From: Meiothermus sp.
GTDB taxonomy: Bacteria; Deinococcota; Deinococci; Deinococcales; Thermaceae
Assembly: GCA_033762915.1 (NCBI GenBank)
Contig: JANRLD010000098.1
Location: 1-64,000, forward strand
Reading direction: 5' to 3'
DNA length: 64,000 nucleotides
This document shows, piece after piece, positions 44,072 to 54,674 of the stretch; within the stretch, counting starts at the first letter, position 1, and each line of letters begins with the position of its first letter. Below the pieces are notes generated by a model. The model saw only the letters and a program-made list of their open reading frames with translations. It searched no databases and had not been told where the DNA came from. The translations under genes were made by a program, and so were the position numbers.

Positions 44072-46117
44072 CTACCCCAGACCCATCTGGTCGAGGGTGA
44101 ACGCGTAGATGTCCGCGAGTTCCTCAATCTTCATCTTGGTCGGCATGCCCGCGCCGTGACCCGCCTTGGTTTGAACGCGGATCAGCACCGGCCGCTCGCC
44201 GGCGTGTGCCGCTTGCAGCGCGGCGGCGAACTTAAAGGAGTGGGCCGGAACCACCCGGTCGTCGTGGTCGGCGGTAGTGACGAGGGTGGCAGGGTAGGAG
44301 GTCCCCGGCTTCAGGTTGTGGAGCGGGGAGTAGGCCAGAAGGTGGCGAAAGGCCTCGGGATCCTCGGGGGAGCCGTAGTCGGAGGTCCAGGCCCACCCGA
44401 TGGTGAACTTGTGGAAGCGCAGCATGTCCATCACCCCCACCGCCGGGAGCGCCACCCCGAACAGTTCAGGCCGCTGGGTCATGCACGCCCCCACCAGCAA
44501 CCCGCCGTTAGAGCCGCCCTGGATTGCCAGGCGTTCAGGTCGGGTGTACCTCTGGTCGATCAGCCACTCGGCGCAGGCCGCGAAGTCGTCAAAAACGTTC
44601 TGCTTGCGATCCAGAATTCCCGCCCGCCACCAGGCCTCGCCGTACTCCCCCCCGCCGCGCAAGACGGCGTGGGCGTAGACACCGCCTTGTTCCAGCCAGA
44701 CCAGCCTCGAGACCGAGAAGCGCGGCGTCTCGGAGACGTTAAAGCCACCGTAGCCATAGAGCAGGGTGGGGTTGCCGGCGCCCCGCTCGAGGCCCTTGCG
44801 GTGGGTCAGAAAGAGGGGGACCCGGGTGCCGTCTTTTCCGGGCACGAAGACCTGCCGGGTCTCGAAGGGGTCGGCGTCAAAGGCCATCTGGGGGGCGTGG
44901 AGTACGCGGGTCTTGCCACTGTTGAAGTCGAACACGTAAGCGCTGGGCGGGTGGAGAAACGACTCAAAGGAGAAAAACAGTTCGGGGTCGCCCTCCTCTC
45001 CGCTGGCGTAAGCTGTACCCAGGGTGGGCAGTGCGACCTCGCCGCGCTGGCCGCCCTCCAGGTCGAACAGCATCAGCTGGGTATGGGCATGGTGCAGGTA
45101 CTCGCAGGCGAAGCCGTCGAAGGCCCGCTGGGCGGAAAGGAGCACGTCGGACCGCTCCGCGACCAGGGTCTGCCAGTATTGTGGGTCGGGGTTTACCACA
45201 TCTAGGGCAATGATCTGCTTTCGCGGTGCGTTCCAGTTGGTCTGGAAGAAGAACCTCGAGCCCTCGTTTCCCAGAAACCAGAAGCTGTGTTTGAACTCGG
45301 GAATCAGCTCGATGAAGGGGCCATCGGAGCCCAGCTCGCGGTAGAAGAACAGGTTCTCGGGATAGGTGCCCTTCCACACGTTGAGGAGCAGGTAGCGCCC
45401 GTCATGGCTGACCTCCGTCCCAAAACCCCACTCCGGCTGGTCGGGGCGCTCGTAGACCAGCCTGTCCTGGGCCTGCGGGGTGTTTAGGCGGTGCAGATAA
45501 ACCTTCTGAAAGCGGTTGGCCTGGGTGTGGTTGTGGCCCTCCGTCGGCACGTCGTACCGGCTGTAGAAAAACCCCGAGCCGTCGGGAAGCCAGGCCGCGC
45601 CGGAGAACTTGCTCCATCGCAGCTCGTCGGGCAAGTCCTCTTGGGTGTCCACGCTTCGCACCCGCCAGGTTTGCCAGTCCGAGCCGCTCGAGCTGAGCGA
45701 ATAGGCCAGCCACCGGCCGTCCCGGCTGACAGCCGAGCTGCCGAGCGCCACTGTGCCGTCCTCGGACAGCGTGTTGGGGTCCAGCAGAACCCTGGCCTCG
45801 GAGTCCAGGCTATCCTGGACGCAAAGCACGCTCTGGTTCTGCAACCCGCTGTTGCGGTAGCTGAAGTACCGCCCGCCGCGCTTGAAAAAGCCGCCAAGTT
45901 TGGGGAAGTTCCATAGCGCGGTGAGGCGCTCGAGCAGCCTGTGCCGGGCGGGGAGCTGCTCGAGGTACCCGAAGGTGAGCTGGTTTTGCTCCTCGACCCA
46001 GCGCCTGGTGGCTTCGCTGTTGGGGTCTTCGAGCCAACGGTAGGGGTCGGCCACGTTCAGGCCGTGGAGTTCGTCTGTGCAATCGGATGGATGGGAGATG
46101 GGGTACCTAAAATGCAT
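44072..46117 (-). CDS. Prolyl oligopeptidase (S9A)
   Basis: DPYRWLED, YGYGGFN, GGSNGG catalytic Ser, ADHDDRV, AGHG. Confidence 0.96.
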   Translation of the reverse strand: MHFRYPISHPSDCTDELHGLNVADPYRWLEDPNSEATRRWVEEQNQLTFGYLEQLPARHRLLERLTALWNFPKLGGFFKRGGRYFSYRNSGLQNQSVLCVQDSLDSEARVLLDPNTLSEDGTVALGSSAVSRDGRWLAYSLSSSGSDWQTWRVRSVDTQEDLPDELRWSKFSGAAWLPDGSGFFYSRYDVPTEGHNHTQANRFQKVYLHRLNTPQAQDRLVYERPDQPEWGFGTEVSHDGRYLLLNVWKGTYPENLFFYRELGSDGPFIELIPEFKHSFWFLGNEGSRFFFQTNWNAPRKQIIALDVVNPDPQYWQTLVAERSDVLLSAQRAFDGFACEYLHHAHTQLMLFDLEGGQRGEVALPTLGTAYASGEEGDPELFFSFESFLHPPSAYVFDFNSGKTRVLHAPQMAFDADPFETRQVFVPGKDGTRVPLFLTHRKGLERGAGNPTLLYGYGGFNVSETPRFSVSRLVWLEQGGVYAHAVLRGGGEYGEAWWRAGILDRKQNVFDDFAACAEWLIDQRYTRPERLAIQGGSNGGLLVGACMTQRPELFGVALPAVGVMDMLRFHKFTIGWAWTSDYGSPEDPEAFRHLLAYSPLHNLKPGTSYPATLVTTADHDDRVVPAHSFKFAAALQAAHAGERPVLIRVQTKAGHGAGMPTKMKIEELADIYAFTLDQMGLG

Positions 46118-46450
46118 GAGGCCAGTCTGTCACTGAGGGTTGTCCAGTTTGTAAGTGGACGGTGAGGGTAGCCGGGTTTGCGCCGTTAAGATCGGGCAGG
46201 GCAGGTGGCCAACAAGCACCCCGCCATGAGGTGAGTTGGCTTCGCAGGGCGCTCCTCGGCTAGCGATTGTGTTTCTCTATCACCTTATCGCTTTAGCCGA
46301 TGTTCACATTCGGCTGCGCGTGCTCCGGGGTCTGCTTATGCTAGAGGCTGTTTTGGGCAGGCGGTTTGATTCGGCAAGAGGTGGGCGGACCGGGACAGCG
46401 GCCGCCACGAGTAGCCCTTGGGAGCGGGCTTGGCCCGCCAAGGAGGAAGT

Positions 46451-48406
46451 GTGTATCCGAGATTCGTTAGCTCAGCTGTGACGGCACTCCTGGGCGCGGC
46501 CCTGGCCCAAGGCCCCGTCGCCACCCTCGAGCGCACCATCAACCTTAACGCAGTCGGCCAGGCTGCCGCCCCGACGACCCCGGCCACTCCGACCAGCCCC
46601 AATCAGCTGGCCGCCAACCTTACCCGCTTCGCCCTCAATCCGCAGGGCCGTTTCCTGGTCTCGGGATCTACCACCGGAACGCTGCTGGTCTGGGACCTGC
46701 AGACCCGGAGCGTGGTCGGTCGGCTCGAGGGGCACCGCGTCCGGGTTAATGCCCTGGTCTACAGCCGCGACGGCACCCGTCTGGTTTCGGGCGATGTGAA
46801 CGGCAACCTTCGCCTGTGGAACATGGGCACCCGCCGTCAGGTCGGTCTGGTCAGTATTGGCGAGGGCGTGGAAGTTTTAAGCCTGGCCTTCAGCCCCAAC
46901 GGCCAGCGCATCGCGGTGGGCAGCGAGGACAACAGCGTGCGGGTGGTTAATGCTGCCAACATGACCGTACTGGGCCGCATGACCGGGCACTCCGACTTCG
47001 TGCGCGGCGTGGCCTTCAGCCCCAACGGCGCACAAATCGCTTCCGGCTCCGACGATGAGACGGTGCGGCTGTGGGACGCCAACCGCCGCACCTTGATCGC
47101 CACCCTGCGCGGCCATGGCGATTATGTCCGAAGCGTGGCCTTCAGCCCCGACGGACGCACCCTGGCCAGCGCCTCCGATGATGAGACCGTGAAGCTGTGG
47201 AGCTTGGCCACCCGACGCGAGGTGGGGCGGTTGCGCGGCGAGCTGTTTGTAGACTCACTTAGCTTCAGCCCCGACGGGCGCTACCTGGCCGCCGCCGAAG
47301 CCGACGGCGACGCTGCAGCCCGCATCTGGAGCGTCTCCACCCGCCAGGTAGTGCGCGAGCTGCCCAACAGCCCCGAGCTGAACTGGGTAGCCTTCAACGC
47401 CTCGGGCCAGCTCTACGCCGCCGCCGAGGACAACACCATCCGGGCCTTTAACCTCCAGGGCCAGGAGCAGGTCCGGCTGAGCGGGGCCTACGGGCCGCGC
47501 ATTATGGAGGAAGAGGAAGAAGAGGGGGACTCCGAGGGTGGCGACTCGGACCCCAACCACGAGGTCAGCCGGCTGACCCTGGACGGTGCGGGCAACCTGC
47601 TGGTGGGCTACTTTAACCAGAAGTCCTGGGACTCGGTGAACACCCAGACCTTTGCCGTAACCCGTCACCAGACCAGCGAGAACACTTCCGACCTGGCCTT
47701 CGCGGGCAACACCGTCTTTGTCCTCCAGACCACCGAGTTCATCGGACTGTGGGAGGGGGGCAAGCTGGTGGGCCGCTTCGCCACTCCCGCTGACAATGCC
47801 CAGTTCGCTCAAGTCAGCCCCGACGGCGGCCTGCTGGGCGTGGTGGCCTACGGCGACGAGGAATCGGTGGAGCACGGATATGTCTTTAACCTGTCCACCG
47901 GCCGGGCCAGCCGATTCGATACTGGGTTCAGCCTGGTGGCGGTGGCGATGGGGGCCGACAATCAGACCGTCGCCTTCGGCGGAGAGGGCAAGCTGGGCGT
48001 GTGGAACCTCGAGAGCCGCGAGAGGCGGGTAGAGTTCGTCCTGAGCCAAGAAGATGAGACCGTGCTTGCCTTGCGCTTTAGTCCCGACGGTAGCCTGCTG
48101 GCGGCGGGCCTGAGCGGGGGGAGGGTGGTCGTGTTTGACATGAATACCCAAGCCCAGGTGGGGGTGCTCGAGGGCCACACGGAAGACGTGTACGACGTGG
48201 TGTTCAGCCCCGACGGCAAGCTACTGGCCAGCGCCGGGCAGGACAACAAGGCCGTGATTTGGAGTGTGGGCAGCTACCGCAAACTGCAGGAGCTGACCGG
48301 CCACACCAAGGGACTGGGTAGCCTGGTCTTCAGCCCCGACAGCACCCGCCTCTACACCGGAGGCTTCGACGGCGCGGTGCGGGTCTGGAGGATTACCCCG
48401 CAGTAG
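46451..48406 (+). CDS. Exported WD40-repeat beta-propeller protein
   Basis: AGGAGG RBS, signal peptide, repeats GH..V..VAFSPDG..LASASDD.TV.LW; acidic EEEEEE linker. Confidence 0.9.
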   Translation: MYPRFVSSAVTALLGAALAQGPVATLERTINLNAVGQAAAPTTPATPTSPNQLAANLTRFALNPQGRFLVSGSTTGTLLVWDLQTRSVVGRLEGHRVRVNALVYSRDGTRLVSGDVNGNLRLWNMGTRRQVGLVSIGEGVEVLSLAFSPNGQRIAVGSEDNSVRVVNAANMTVLGRMTGHSDFVRGVAFSPNGAQIASGSDDETVRLWDANRRTLIATLRGHGDYVRSVAFSPDGRTLASASDDETVKLWSLATRREVGRLRGELFVDSLSFSPDGRYLAAAEADGDAAARIWSVSTRQVVRELPNSPELNWVAFNASGQLYAAAEDNTIRAFNLQGQEQVRLSGAYGPRIMEEEEEEGDSEGGDSDPNHEVSRLTLDGAGNLLVGYFNQKSWDSVNTQTFAVTRHQTSENTSDLAFAGNTVFVLQTTEFIGLWEGGKLVGRFATPADNAQFAQVSPDGGLLGVVAYGDEESVEHGYVFNLSTGRASRFDTGFSLVAVAMGADNQTVAFGGEGKLGVWNLESRERRVEFVLSQEDETVLALRFSPDGSLLAAGLSGGRVVVFDMNTQAQVGVLEGHTEDVYDVVFSPDGKLLASAGQDNKAVIWSVGSYRKLQELTGHTKGLGSLVFSPDSTRLYTGGFDGAVRVWRITPQ

Positions 48407-48423
48407 AGCAAGTTTTCAGATGA

Positions 48424-48455
48424 GGCGGCAGGGGTGAGCATTCACCCCTGCCGCC
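48424..48455. terminator. Hairpin between convergent WD40 and EamA genes
   Basis: Perfect 14-bp stem GGCGGCAGGGGTGA/TCACCCCTGCCGCC with 4-nt loop. Confidence 0.6.
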
Positions 48456-48615
48456 GTCTGCTCGAGGCCTAGGGTTGGAAGGTTTGAGGTGGGGGGATAC
48501 GCCATCGCAAACAAACGAGATGGCCGTCTTTGAGTGGACTCCCTGCTGACCCGCAGACCCGGCGGCTTTGGGATTCTAGCCACTGGGTATTGTGCCGACT
48601 GCAGTTTAATGTCGG

Positions 48616-49488
48616 TTACTTCAAGTTCACCAGCCCGATCCCCACCAAAGCCAGCCCCACCCCAGCCCACTGGTGTTTGGCCAGCCTTTCGCGCAAGAAA
48701 ACGCTGGCCAGCAGCACCGTCAATGCGGTGTAGAGCGAGCTGACTACGGTCACGACCGAGACCTCGGCAACCTCGAGGCCCAGGTTGTTGACGATGGCGC
48801 CGAAGTTCAGCAAAAATGCGATGAGTGCCAGCAGGCCCCAGGAGCCCCTGGGCGGGAGGGTCAGACGCTCCTTCATGGGGCCGCTGGCTGCCCACAGCAG
48901 CCCCAGCCCGACCAGGGTCGAGACCACGTTCGGCACGAAGCTCCCCAGTGCGGGAACCACGTAGAAGCCCAGCATCCAGTAGGTCAGCCCGAAGCACAGC
49001 GAGGCCAGCAAGGCCCACCCCACCCCTGGCGGCAGTCCCCGGTGTTTTCGTACCGGGTGAGGGTGCTCGTCGAGGTGGACCGAGGCCAACACGATGGCCA
49101 ACAGCACCACCCCTAGCCCAATCCATTGCACGGTGCCCAGCCGCTCGCCGCTCAACACCGCCAGCGCAGTGGTAAGGGCGGAGTAGCTCGAGCTGATGGG
49201 GGAGACCAGGGCCAGCACCCCGTGCTCGAAGGCCTTAAACAGCGCGAGCGAGGCGATGTTTCCGGTCACCGAGGCCGCCAGCAGCCAAAGCCAGGCCGAG
49301 GGCGTACCTCCCTCAAGCCGCCGTACCAACTCGCCGCTAAGCAGCACATACAGCCCCACCCCCGCCAGGCCAATCAGGTTGAAGTAGAAGACCGTGCGGT
49401 AAGCACCCAACTGCCGGCTGGCGAACCTCGATACGAAGTCGCCCAGCCCCCACCCCAGCGCCGACAGCAGACCGAAAACAATCCCCAC
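48616..49488 (-). CDS. EamA/DMT family transporter
   Basis: About 10 TMs in two EamA repeats; ALVSPISS, FLRERL...QWAG. Confidence 0.88.
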   Translation of the reverse strand: MGIVFGLLSALGWGLGDFVSRFASRQLGAYRTVFYFNLIGLAGVGLYVLLSGELVRRLEGGTPSAWLWLLAASVTGNIASLALFKAFEHGVLALVSPISSSYSALTTALAVLSGERLGTVQWIGLGVVLLAIVLASVHLDEHPHPVRKHRGLPPGVGWALLASLCFGLTYWMLGFYVVPALGSFVPNVVSTLVGLGLLWAASGPMKERLTLPPRGSWGLLALIAFLLNFGAIVNNLGLEVAEVSVVTVVSSLYTALTVLLASVFLRERLAKHQWAGVGLALVGIGLVNLK

Positions 49489-49575
49489 AATCCAACTCCT
49501 TGTCTGCTGACGGAATGTTGCACGCCTAGCGGAGAACGGCCGAGCCGTTTTCGACCCTCGAGGCGCCCTCGACGC

Positions 49576-50784
49576 CTACCTACTGGCCGTCTGCGTCGGC
49601 AATTGATAGCCGTGGTCGTCCGCCGCGTCGTCGTTGGTTGCGTAGAGCACGCGCCCGTCGCGGAGCCGGGTGCCCGGCCCGACCATCCAGACCGCGCCCC
49701 AGGGCTTGTAGTTCGAGGTCAGGGTGTCGCGCACGGTGCGCCCGTCGCTGTGGCGCACCGTGCGGTAGACGTTGACCACCGCGCCCTGGGCCGCCCAGTC
49801 GACCTGCCGGAAGGCTTGGCGGGGGAGCTGGTCGGTGACGATAAAGCGGGTTGCCGGGGCGGGGATCACTCGGCTGACCACCGGGTTGGTCCAACTCACG
49901 CTCCGATCTTTGGTACCAAAGATGCGGAAGGTGATGCGTCCCCGCCCCACGTAGCTCTGGATCATGATGTGGCCAGGGGTGTCGTTGCGGAAGCGCAAGT
50001 CGAGCTGGGGAAGGAAGACCGCCGCGTCTAGCCCGGTGGGCAGGTAGTATCGAACCTGATAGCTATGGGGGCGGCGGGCCACAATGGGCAGACCGGAGAA
50101 ATAGGCCGAGCGGAACAGGGTGGTCGAGACTTGGCACATCCCCCCGCCCACGCCCTCCACGGTGCGCTCACCAGAGATCACGAAGGCGTTGCGAAAGCCG
50201 GTCGCCAGAGAGACGTCGCCCATCCGAGCCGAAAATGAAAAGACCTGGCCCGGGGCCACGATCTGCCCGTTGAGCTTGCGCGCGCCCAGCCAGATGTTGT
50301 AGGCCCGCTCGCGGCTGCTGCCCCCGAAGCTGGTGGTAGCCTCGGCCAGCATCTGGCGGATACCTATGCGGTAGTGGTAGAGCGCTCCACGGCCGGGTTG
50401 GGTGTAGGCGACGGGCAGGTAGAACTCCCGCTGGCCCGTGGAGAGTGCCCGCTGGTAGAGTTCGCGGGCCCTTCTTGGGGCCACCGCCAGCCCGACCTCG
50501 TCCCGCAGGATCCAGCTTTTGCGGGCAGCGTCGAACTCCCAGCCCCCCTGCCGGGCGGGCTGATCGATCAGCCGGGTCAGGCGGTTTAACTCCTCGAGAC
50601 TCCCCACCGGGATCCGCTGAAGATATGTGGTGGTCTTGACCTGACCGTTCACCAGCAGGTTTTCCTGGGTGTAATAGAGCGCGTCCACCCGCTTAGCGGA
50701 CTGCGCCTGTGGTTGTGCGGACTGCGGGTTGGCGGCCAGTGCAACACCAAGGCAGAAAAAAAGAACGAGGGCGAATGTCCTCAT
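49576..50784 (-). CDS. VanW family protein
   Basis: RAYNI..GA..LNG, PGQVFSF, GGGMCQVSTTLF, PHSY, LDLRFRNDT. Confidence 0.9.
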   Translation of the reverse strand: MRTFALVLFFCLGVALAANPQSAQPQAQSAKRVDALYYTQENLLVNGQVKTTTYLQRIPVGSLEELNRLTRLIDQPARQGGWEFDAARKSWILRDEVGLAVAPRRARELYQRALSTGQREFYLPVAYTQPGRGALYHYRIGIRQMLAEATTSFGGSSRERAYNIWLGARKLNGQIVAPGQVFSFSARMGDVSLATGFRNAFVISGERTVEGVGGGMCQVSTTLFRSAYFSGLPIVARRPHSYQVRYYLPTGLDAAVFLPQLDLRFRNDTPGHIMIQSYVGRGRITFRIFGTKDRSVSWTNPVVSRVIPAPATRFIVTDQLPRQAFRQVDWAAQGAVVNVYRTVRHSDGRTVRDTLTSNYKPWGAVWMVGPGTRLRDGRVLYATNDDAADDHGYQLPTQTASR

Positions 50785-51141
50785 TCCCCTAATCTACTCC
50801 AAACCCATGCAGCGGGTGTGCTGATTACGGCCAAACAGGGCAGCCAGAACCACAGGCACCCTCCGACTGGAGAAGGCGTTCAGGTCGTTTCTGGAGCGTT
50901 CACCAATGGCGGAGTAGGCTCGAAAGGTGCGCCAGGACAACTCCGGCGTTGGGTGTGGCTGAGCATGGTTTACCCCCAGGTACGGCTGGGTGCGGTTTGG
51001 CTGTGAAGGCAAACCCAGTAGACCACCTCAGCGGAGTCGAAAAGCTACAGGTGTAAATGGCCAACAAAGACACCTTATGACCCGGTCTTTGGCTCGTGTT
51101 GGAGTGCCGAACCATCAACCAAATTCCCACCTCTGCCCGCC

Positions 51142-52620
51142 TCAGATCCGAAGACGCTTCCACAACTCGGGCATGAACAGCAAAAACACCGGGATGATCT
51201 CGATGCGCCCGATCCACATCAAGAAAATGAGGGTGACCTTGGAGGCGGCCTCGAGGCCGGCGAAACTGCCCATCGGGCCGATCTCGCCCAGCCCAGGGCC
51301 GATGTTTCCGATGGCCTGGGCGGCGGCCGTAAAACCGATCACGAAGTCGTTCTCGAGCAGGGCGATGGTCAGGGCACCGCCCGCCAGCGCGAGCACGTAA
51401 AGCGTGATGAAGGCCGAAACCGAGCGCATAACTTCCTCACTGACCGAGCGGCTGCCCAGCCTAAGGGTGAGGACGGCCTGGGGGTGCAGGGAGCGCAGCA
51501 GCTCGCGACGCACGATGGCCCCGATCACCAGAAGCCGGATCACCTTGATGCCGCCCGCGCCCGAGCCCGCGCAGCCTCCCACGAACATCGCGGCCACCAG
51601 CAGGGCCTGTGCGGCGGGAGCCCAGAGGGCGAAGTCCGCGCTGGCATAGCCAGTGGTGGTGACAATGGAGGTGATGTTGAAGAAGGCGTGGCGCAGGGCC
51701 TCACCCCAGGTGTAGTCCATGTCTTTGGCGTGGTGGGTCATCAGGTAGATCGCCAGAGTCAGGCTGAGCCCGGTGATGATCAGCGTGTAGACCCTGAACT
51801 CGATGTCGTCGAACAAGGGTCGGGCCTTTCCCCTGAACAACAACTGGAACTGCAGCACGAAACTGGCCCCGCCCAGGAACATAAACAGCGTCCCGAACCA
51901 CTGGGCCAGTGGGCTGTATTCCTCGAAGCTGCGCGGGTTGGGGCTAAACCCCGCGGCGGGCAGGGTGGTGAGGGCATTGCAGATGGCCTCGAACCACGGA
52001 ACGCCGGCAATCCCGTAGCACAGCGCGCAGGTGATGGTGAGGGCGATGTAGACCCGTAGCACGCTCTGGGCAGCGATTCGCAGGCGCGGCGTGAAGGGCT
52101 CCTTCTGTGAGCCGATGCCGGTGCTCTCTGTGATGAATAGTTGCCGCCCGGCCACCGCAAGGTGACTCAGAATAGAGGTCAGCAGCACCAGCAGCCCCAC
52201 CCCGCCGAACCACTGCATGAGGCTGCGCCAGAAGAACAAGCTGTAACCAAAGTCTTCGAAGTCGGCGAGTACGGTGGCCCCAGTAGTGGTAAAGCCCGAC
52301 ATGGCCTCGAACAGTGCGTCGAGGTAGTTCATCCCGCCCGACACTGCGAAGGGCACTGCCCCTAGCGCAGGGATCAATAGCCAGATGAGCGCGACCGATA
52401 GAAGCGCCTCGGCCCTCGAGGGTTCTCGGTTGCGGTCGCCCAAGCGCCTAAACAGCAGCCCCAGCCCGATTCCCAGCACAGCCCCCCACAGGAAGCCCCA
52501 CGGCGACTCCCGCAGCCCCAGCGAGAGCGCCTCGAGGCCCAGCATCACCAGACCCAGACCAATGTAAGAGACACCCAAGAAATACAGGGCGAAGCGCAGA
52601 TGCTCGAACGGTCTTTTCAT
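51142..52620 (-). CDS. trkH: Trk potassium uptake protein
   Basis: FEAMSGFTTTGAT, TTTGY, GGCAGSGAGGIK, GNIGPGLG, WIGRIE. Confidence 0.93.
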   Translation of the reverse strand: MKRPFEHLRFALYFLGVSYIGLGLVMLGLEALSLGLRESPWGFLWGAVLGIGLGLLFRRLGDRNREPSRAEALLSVALIWLLIPALGAVPFAVSGGMNYLDALFEAMSGFTTTGATVLADFEDFGYSLFFWRSLMQWFGGVGLLVLLTSILSHLAVAGRQLFITESTGIGSQKEPFTPRLRIAAQSVLRVYIALTITCALCYGIAGVPWFEAICNALTTLPAAGFSPNPRSFEEYSPLAQWFGTLFMFLGGASFVLQFQLLFRGKARPLFDDIEFRVYTLIITGLSLTLAIYLMTHHAKDMDYTWGEALRHAFFNITSIVTTTGYASADFALWAPAAQALLVAAMFVGGCAGSGAGGIKVIRLLVIGAIVRRELLRSLHPQAVLTLRLGSRSVSEEVMRSVSAFITLYVLALAGGALTIALLENDFVIGFTAAAQAIGNIGPGLGEIGPMGSFAGLEAASKVTLIFLMWIGRIEIIPVFLLFMPELWKRLRI

Positions 52621-52737
52621 ACGTTGGTTGTATAGCCCAACTTCTATAGATTGGCTCTAGCCGGCTTACATCATAATCGAGGAAGAAGGAAATTGGGTGC
52701 AGATTACGTAGTTTCAGTCTGAATCACCCCGGTACCC

Positions 52738-52790
52738 TTGACACGTGTCATTCAAAGTTCTAACATCATTCAAGATTATTTGAATGATGT
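52738..52790 (+). promoter_or_regulatory. SigA promoter with overlapping palindromic operator
   Basis: TTGACA-17-TAACAT; perfect inverted repeat ACATCATTCAA-N6-TTGAATGATGT (52763-52790); extra half-site TCATTCAA at 52748. Confidence 0.8.
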
Positions 52791-52801
52791 AGGAGAGTCG
52801 A

Positions 52802-53446
52802 ATGTCTAAATCTTCTCAACAAGAACCCCCAGCCCCCCTCGAGGCCAGCAAGCCGATGGACAGGCTTACCATCACCAACCTCGAGACCCTCAGGCTGCTC
52901 ACCGACCCCCTACGGATGAAGATTCTGGAGCTGATGGCCAAGCCGGCTACGGTCAAGGCGGTGGCCAAGGCCCTCCAAACGCCGGCAACCAAGCTCTACT
53001 ACCACGTGGGGCAGCTCGAGGAACACGGGCTAGTGCGGGTGGTGGGGACGCGGGTGGTCTCGGGAATCATCGAGAAGCAGTACCAGGTGATGGCACGGTA
53101 CTTCGCGGTGGACCGGAAGCTTTTTGAAATCCACAAAACCGACCGCAGCAGTCTGACCGAAGTACTGGGTAACCTGATCGAGAGCGTCAGTGAAGACATC
53201 CAGCGGGGCCTCGAGAACGGCCTGATCAAGGTGGGGGATGAGTATCCAGCTCACCAGCGGCTGATCCTGGGTCGCAACCTGGTCAAGCTGACCCCAGAGC
53301 AGGCCGAGGAGTTTATCGGCAAGGTTTCTGCGCTGCTCGAGTCTTTCGAAACCGAAACCGACTCCAGTACGTCCAGGCCGTACAGCCTGTTCATGGCCTT
53401 CCATCCCCACAGCCAGGTCGAACTTGAGGAGGACGGCGATGAGTAG
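52802..53446 (+). CDS. ArsR-like winged-helix transcriptional regulator
   Basis: LRLLTDPLRMKIL, ATVKAVAKAL..PATKLYYHVGQLEEHGLV, IEKQY. Confidence 0.85.
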   Translation: MSKSSQQEPPAPLEASKPMDRLTITNLETLRLLTDPLRMKILELMAKPATVKAVAKALQTPATKLYYHVGQLEEHGLVRVVGTRVVSGIIEKQYQVMARYFAVDRKLFEIHKTDRSSLTEVLGNLIESVSEDIQRGLENGLIKVGDEYPAHQRLILGRNLVKLTPEQAEEFIGKVSALLESFETETDSSTSRPYSLFMAFHPHSQVELEEDGDE

Positions 53447-54674
53447 CGCACCAAGCCTGAACCCCCTAGGGCACGCGGGATTCCGCAACCTCTGGCTGGC
53501 CCAGACCATATCCGACTTCGGCGACGGCTTGACCAGCCTGGCCCTGCTGATCATGGTGCAGCAGCTCACGGGCTCGACGACAGCCTTGGCCACCATGGCG
53601 ATTGTGCTGGCCATCCCGCAGGTCACACTGGGGCTAGTCGCCGGGGTTTACGTCGATCGCTTTAACCGCAAGACCATCATGCTGGTATCTGATGCACTGC
53701 GGGCCTTGCTGGTGCTGGGCTTCGTGTTCGTTGACGCTCAGCACCTGTGGGTGCTCTACGTGCTGGGCTTCTTGCAGTCGGCGGTGGGCACCTTTTTCGG
53801 CCCGGCCAGGGGCGCGGTAGTTGCCCAGATCCTGCCCAAGGAAGCCCTGCTGAGCGCCAACTCCATCACCCAGACCAGCCGCATCTTGGCGGGACTGCTA
53901 GGGGCGGGGGCGGCTGGGGTCATCATCGGCGCTTTCAAGGTCTACTGGCCCGCATTCGCCATCGACACGGCAACCTTTTTGCTCTCCTTCGTTCTGGTGT
54001 TGATCACAAGAGTGCCGGGGCTCGCAGCCAGCGCTTCGGCCCAGGTTGGTGGCGTCCTTAAGTCCTTGGTAGAAGGACTGGGAACTATCGGGCGCTCGAG
54101 GGTTTTGCTGGGCACCCTGACCGGCGCCGGCGTGCTGATGCTGGGGCTGGGGGCGGTCAACATCCTCTTTATTCCCTTACTCACCGACGACCTCAAGGTC
54201 CCCACCACCCTATTTGGACTGGTGCAGGCCGCGCAGACCGCCGGGATGATTCTGGCCGGGGGCCTGGTTGCGCTGCTGGCAGCCCGTCTCAGACCGGCCT
54301 CGATGGTCAGCCTGGGAATGGTGGGGATGGGGCTGGCGGTGGGGCTGATCGCTCTGGTGGGGCAGCTATGGCACGTGCTGGCCCTGCTGTTCGTGATCGG
54401 CCTGATGGTTGCCCCGGTGCAGGCGGGCATCGGGACGCTGGTGCAGACCGCGGTGGAGGACGCGATTAGGGGCCGGGTGGGGGCCGCGCTGAACGCGGTG
54501 ATCGGCGCGGCCAACCTGGTATCGATGGCATTTGCGGGAGCGCTGGCGGGCCTGATCGGGGTGCGCGAGGTGTTCTTGGCGGCGGGGGTGATCGCAGTGA
54601 TCGCCGGTGCTGCGGCCTACGTGGTGTTCGGAGGTAGCCGGGTGAACCAGAACCCGGCGGGGGGAAACCTATGA
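53439..54674 (+). CDS. MFS transporter (DHA3/MefA-like efflux)
   Basis: FRNLWLAQTISDFGD, AGVYVDRFNRK, RGRVGA; about 12 TMs. Confidence 0.9.
   Translation: MSSAPSLNPLGHAGFRNLWLAQTISDFGDGLTSLALLIMVQQLTGSTTALATMAIVLAIPQVTLGLVAGVYVDRFNRKTIMLVSDALRALLVLGFVFVDAQHLWVLYVLGFLQSAVGTFFGPARGAVVAQILPKEALLSANSITQTSRILAGLLGAGAAGVIIGAFKVYWPAFAIDTATFLLSFVLVLITRVPGLAASASAQVGGVLKSLVEGLGTIGRSRVLLGTLTGAGVLMLGLGAVNILFIPLLTDDLKVPTTLFGLVQAAQTAGMILAGGLVALLAARLRPASMVSLGMVGMGLAVGLIALVGQLWHVLALLFVIGLMVAPVQAGIGTLVQTAVEDAIRGRVGAALNAVIGAANLVSMAFAGALAGLIGVREVFLAAGVIAVIAGAAAYVVFGGSRVNQNPAGGNL

Noticed and set aside
44051..45205. Long antisense and alternate-frame ORFs (e.g. 44051-45205, 7506-8651, 1906-2991, 41339-42313, 61301-62254)
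   Set aside because: Shadows of well-supported genes in GC-rich DNA, with no motifs or start signals.
51006..51090. Resemblance to a c-di-GMP-I riboswitch (AAGGCAAACCC...AAAGCTACAGGTGTAAA...TATGAC)
   Set aside because: No GNRA-capped P2 stem, the GACGC junction is absent, and no gene follows on the + strand. An Rfam cmscan would settle it.
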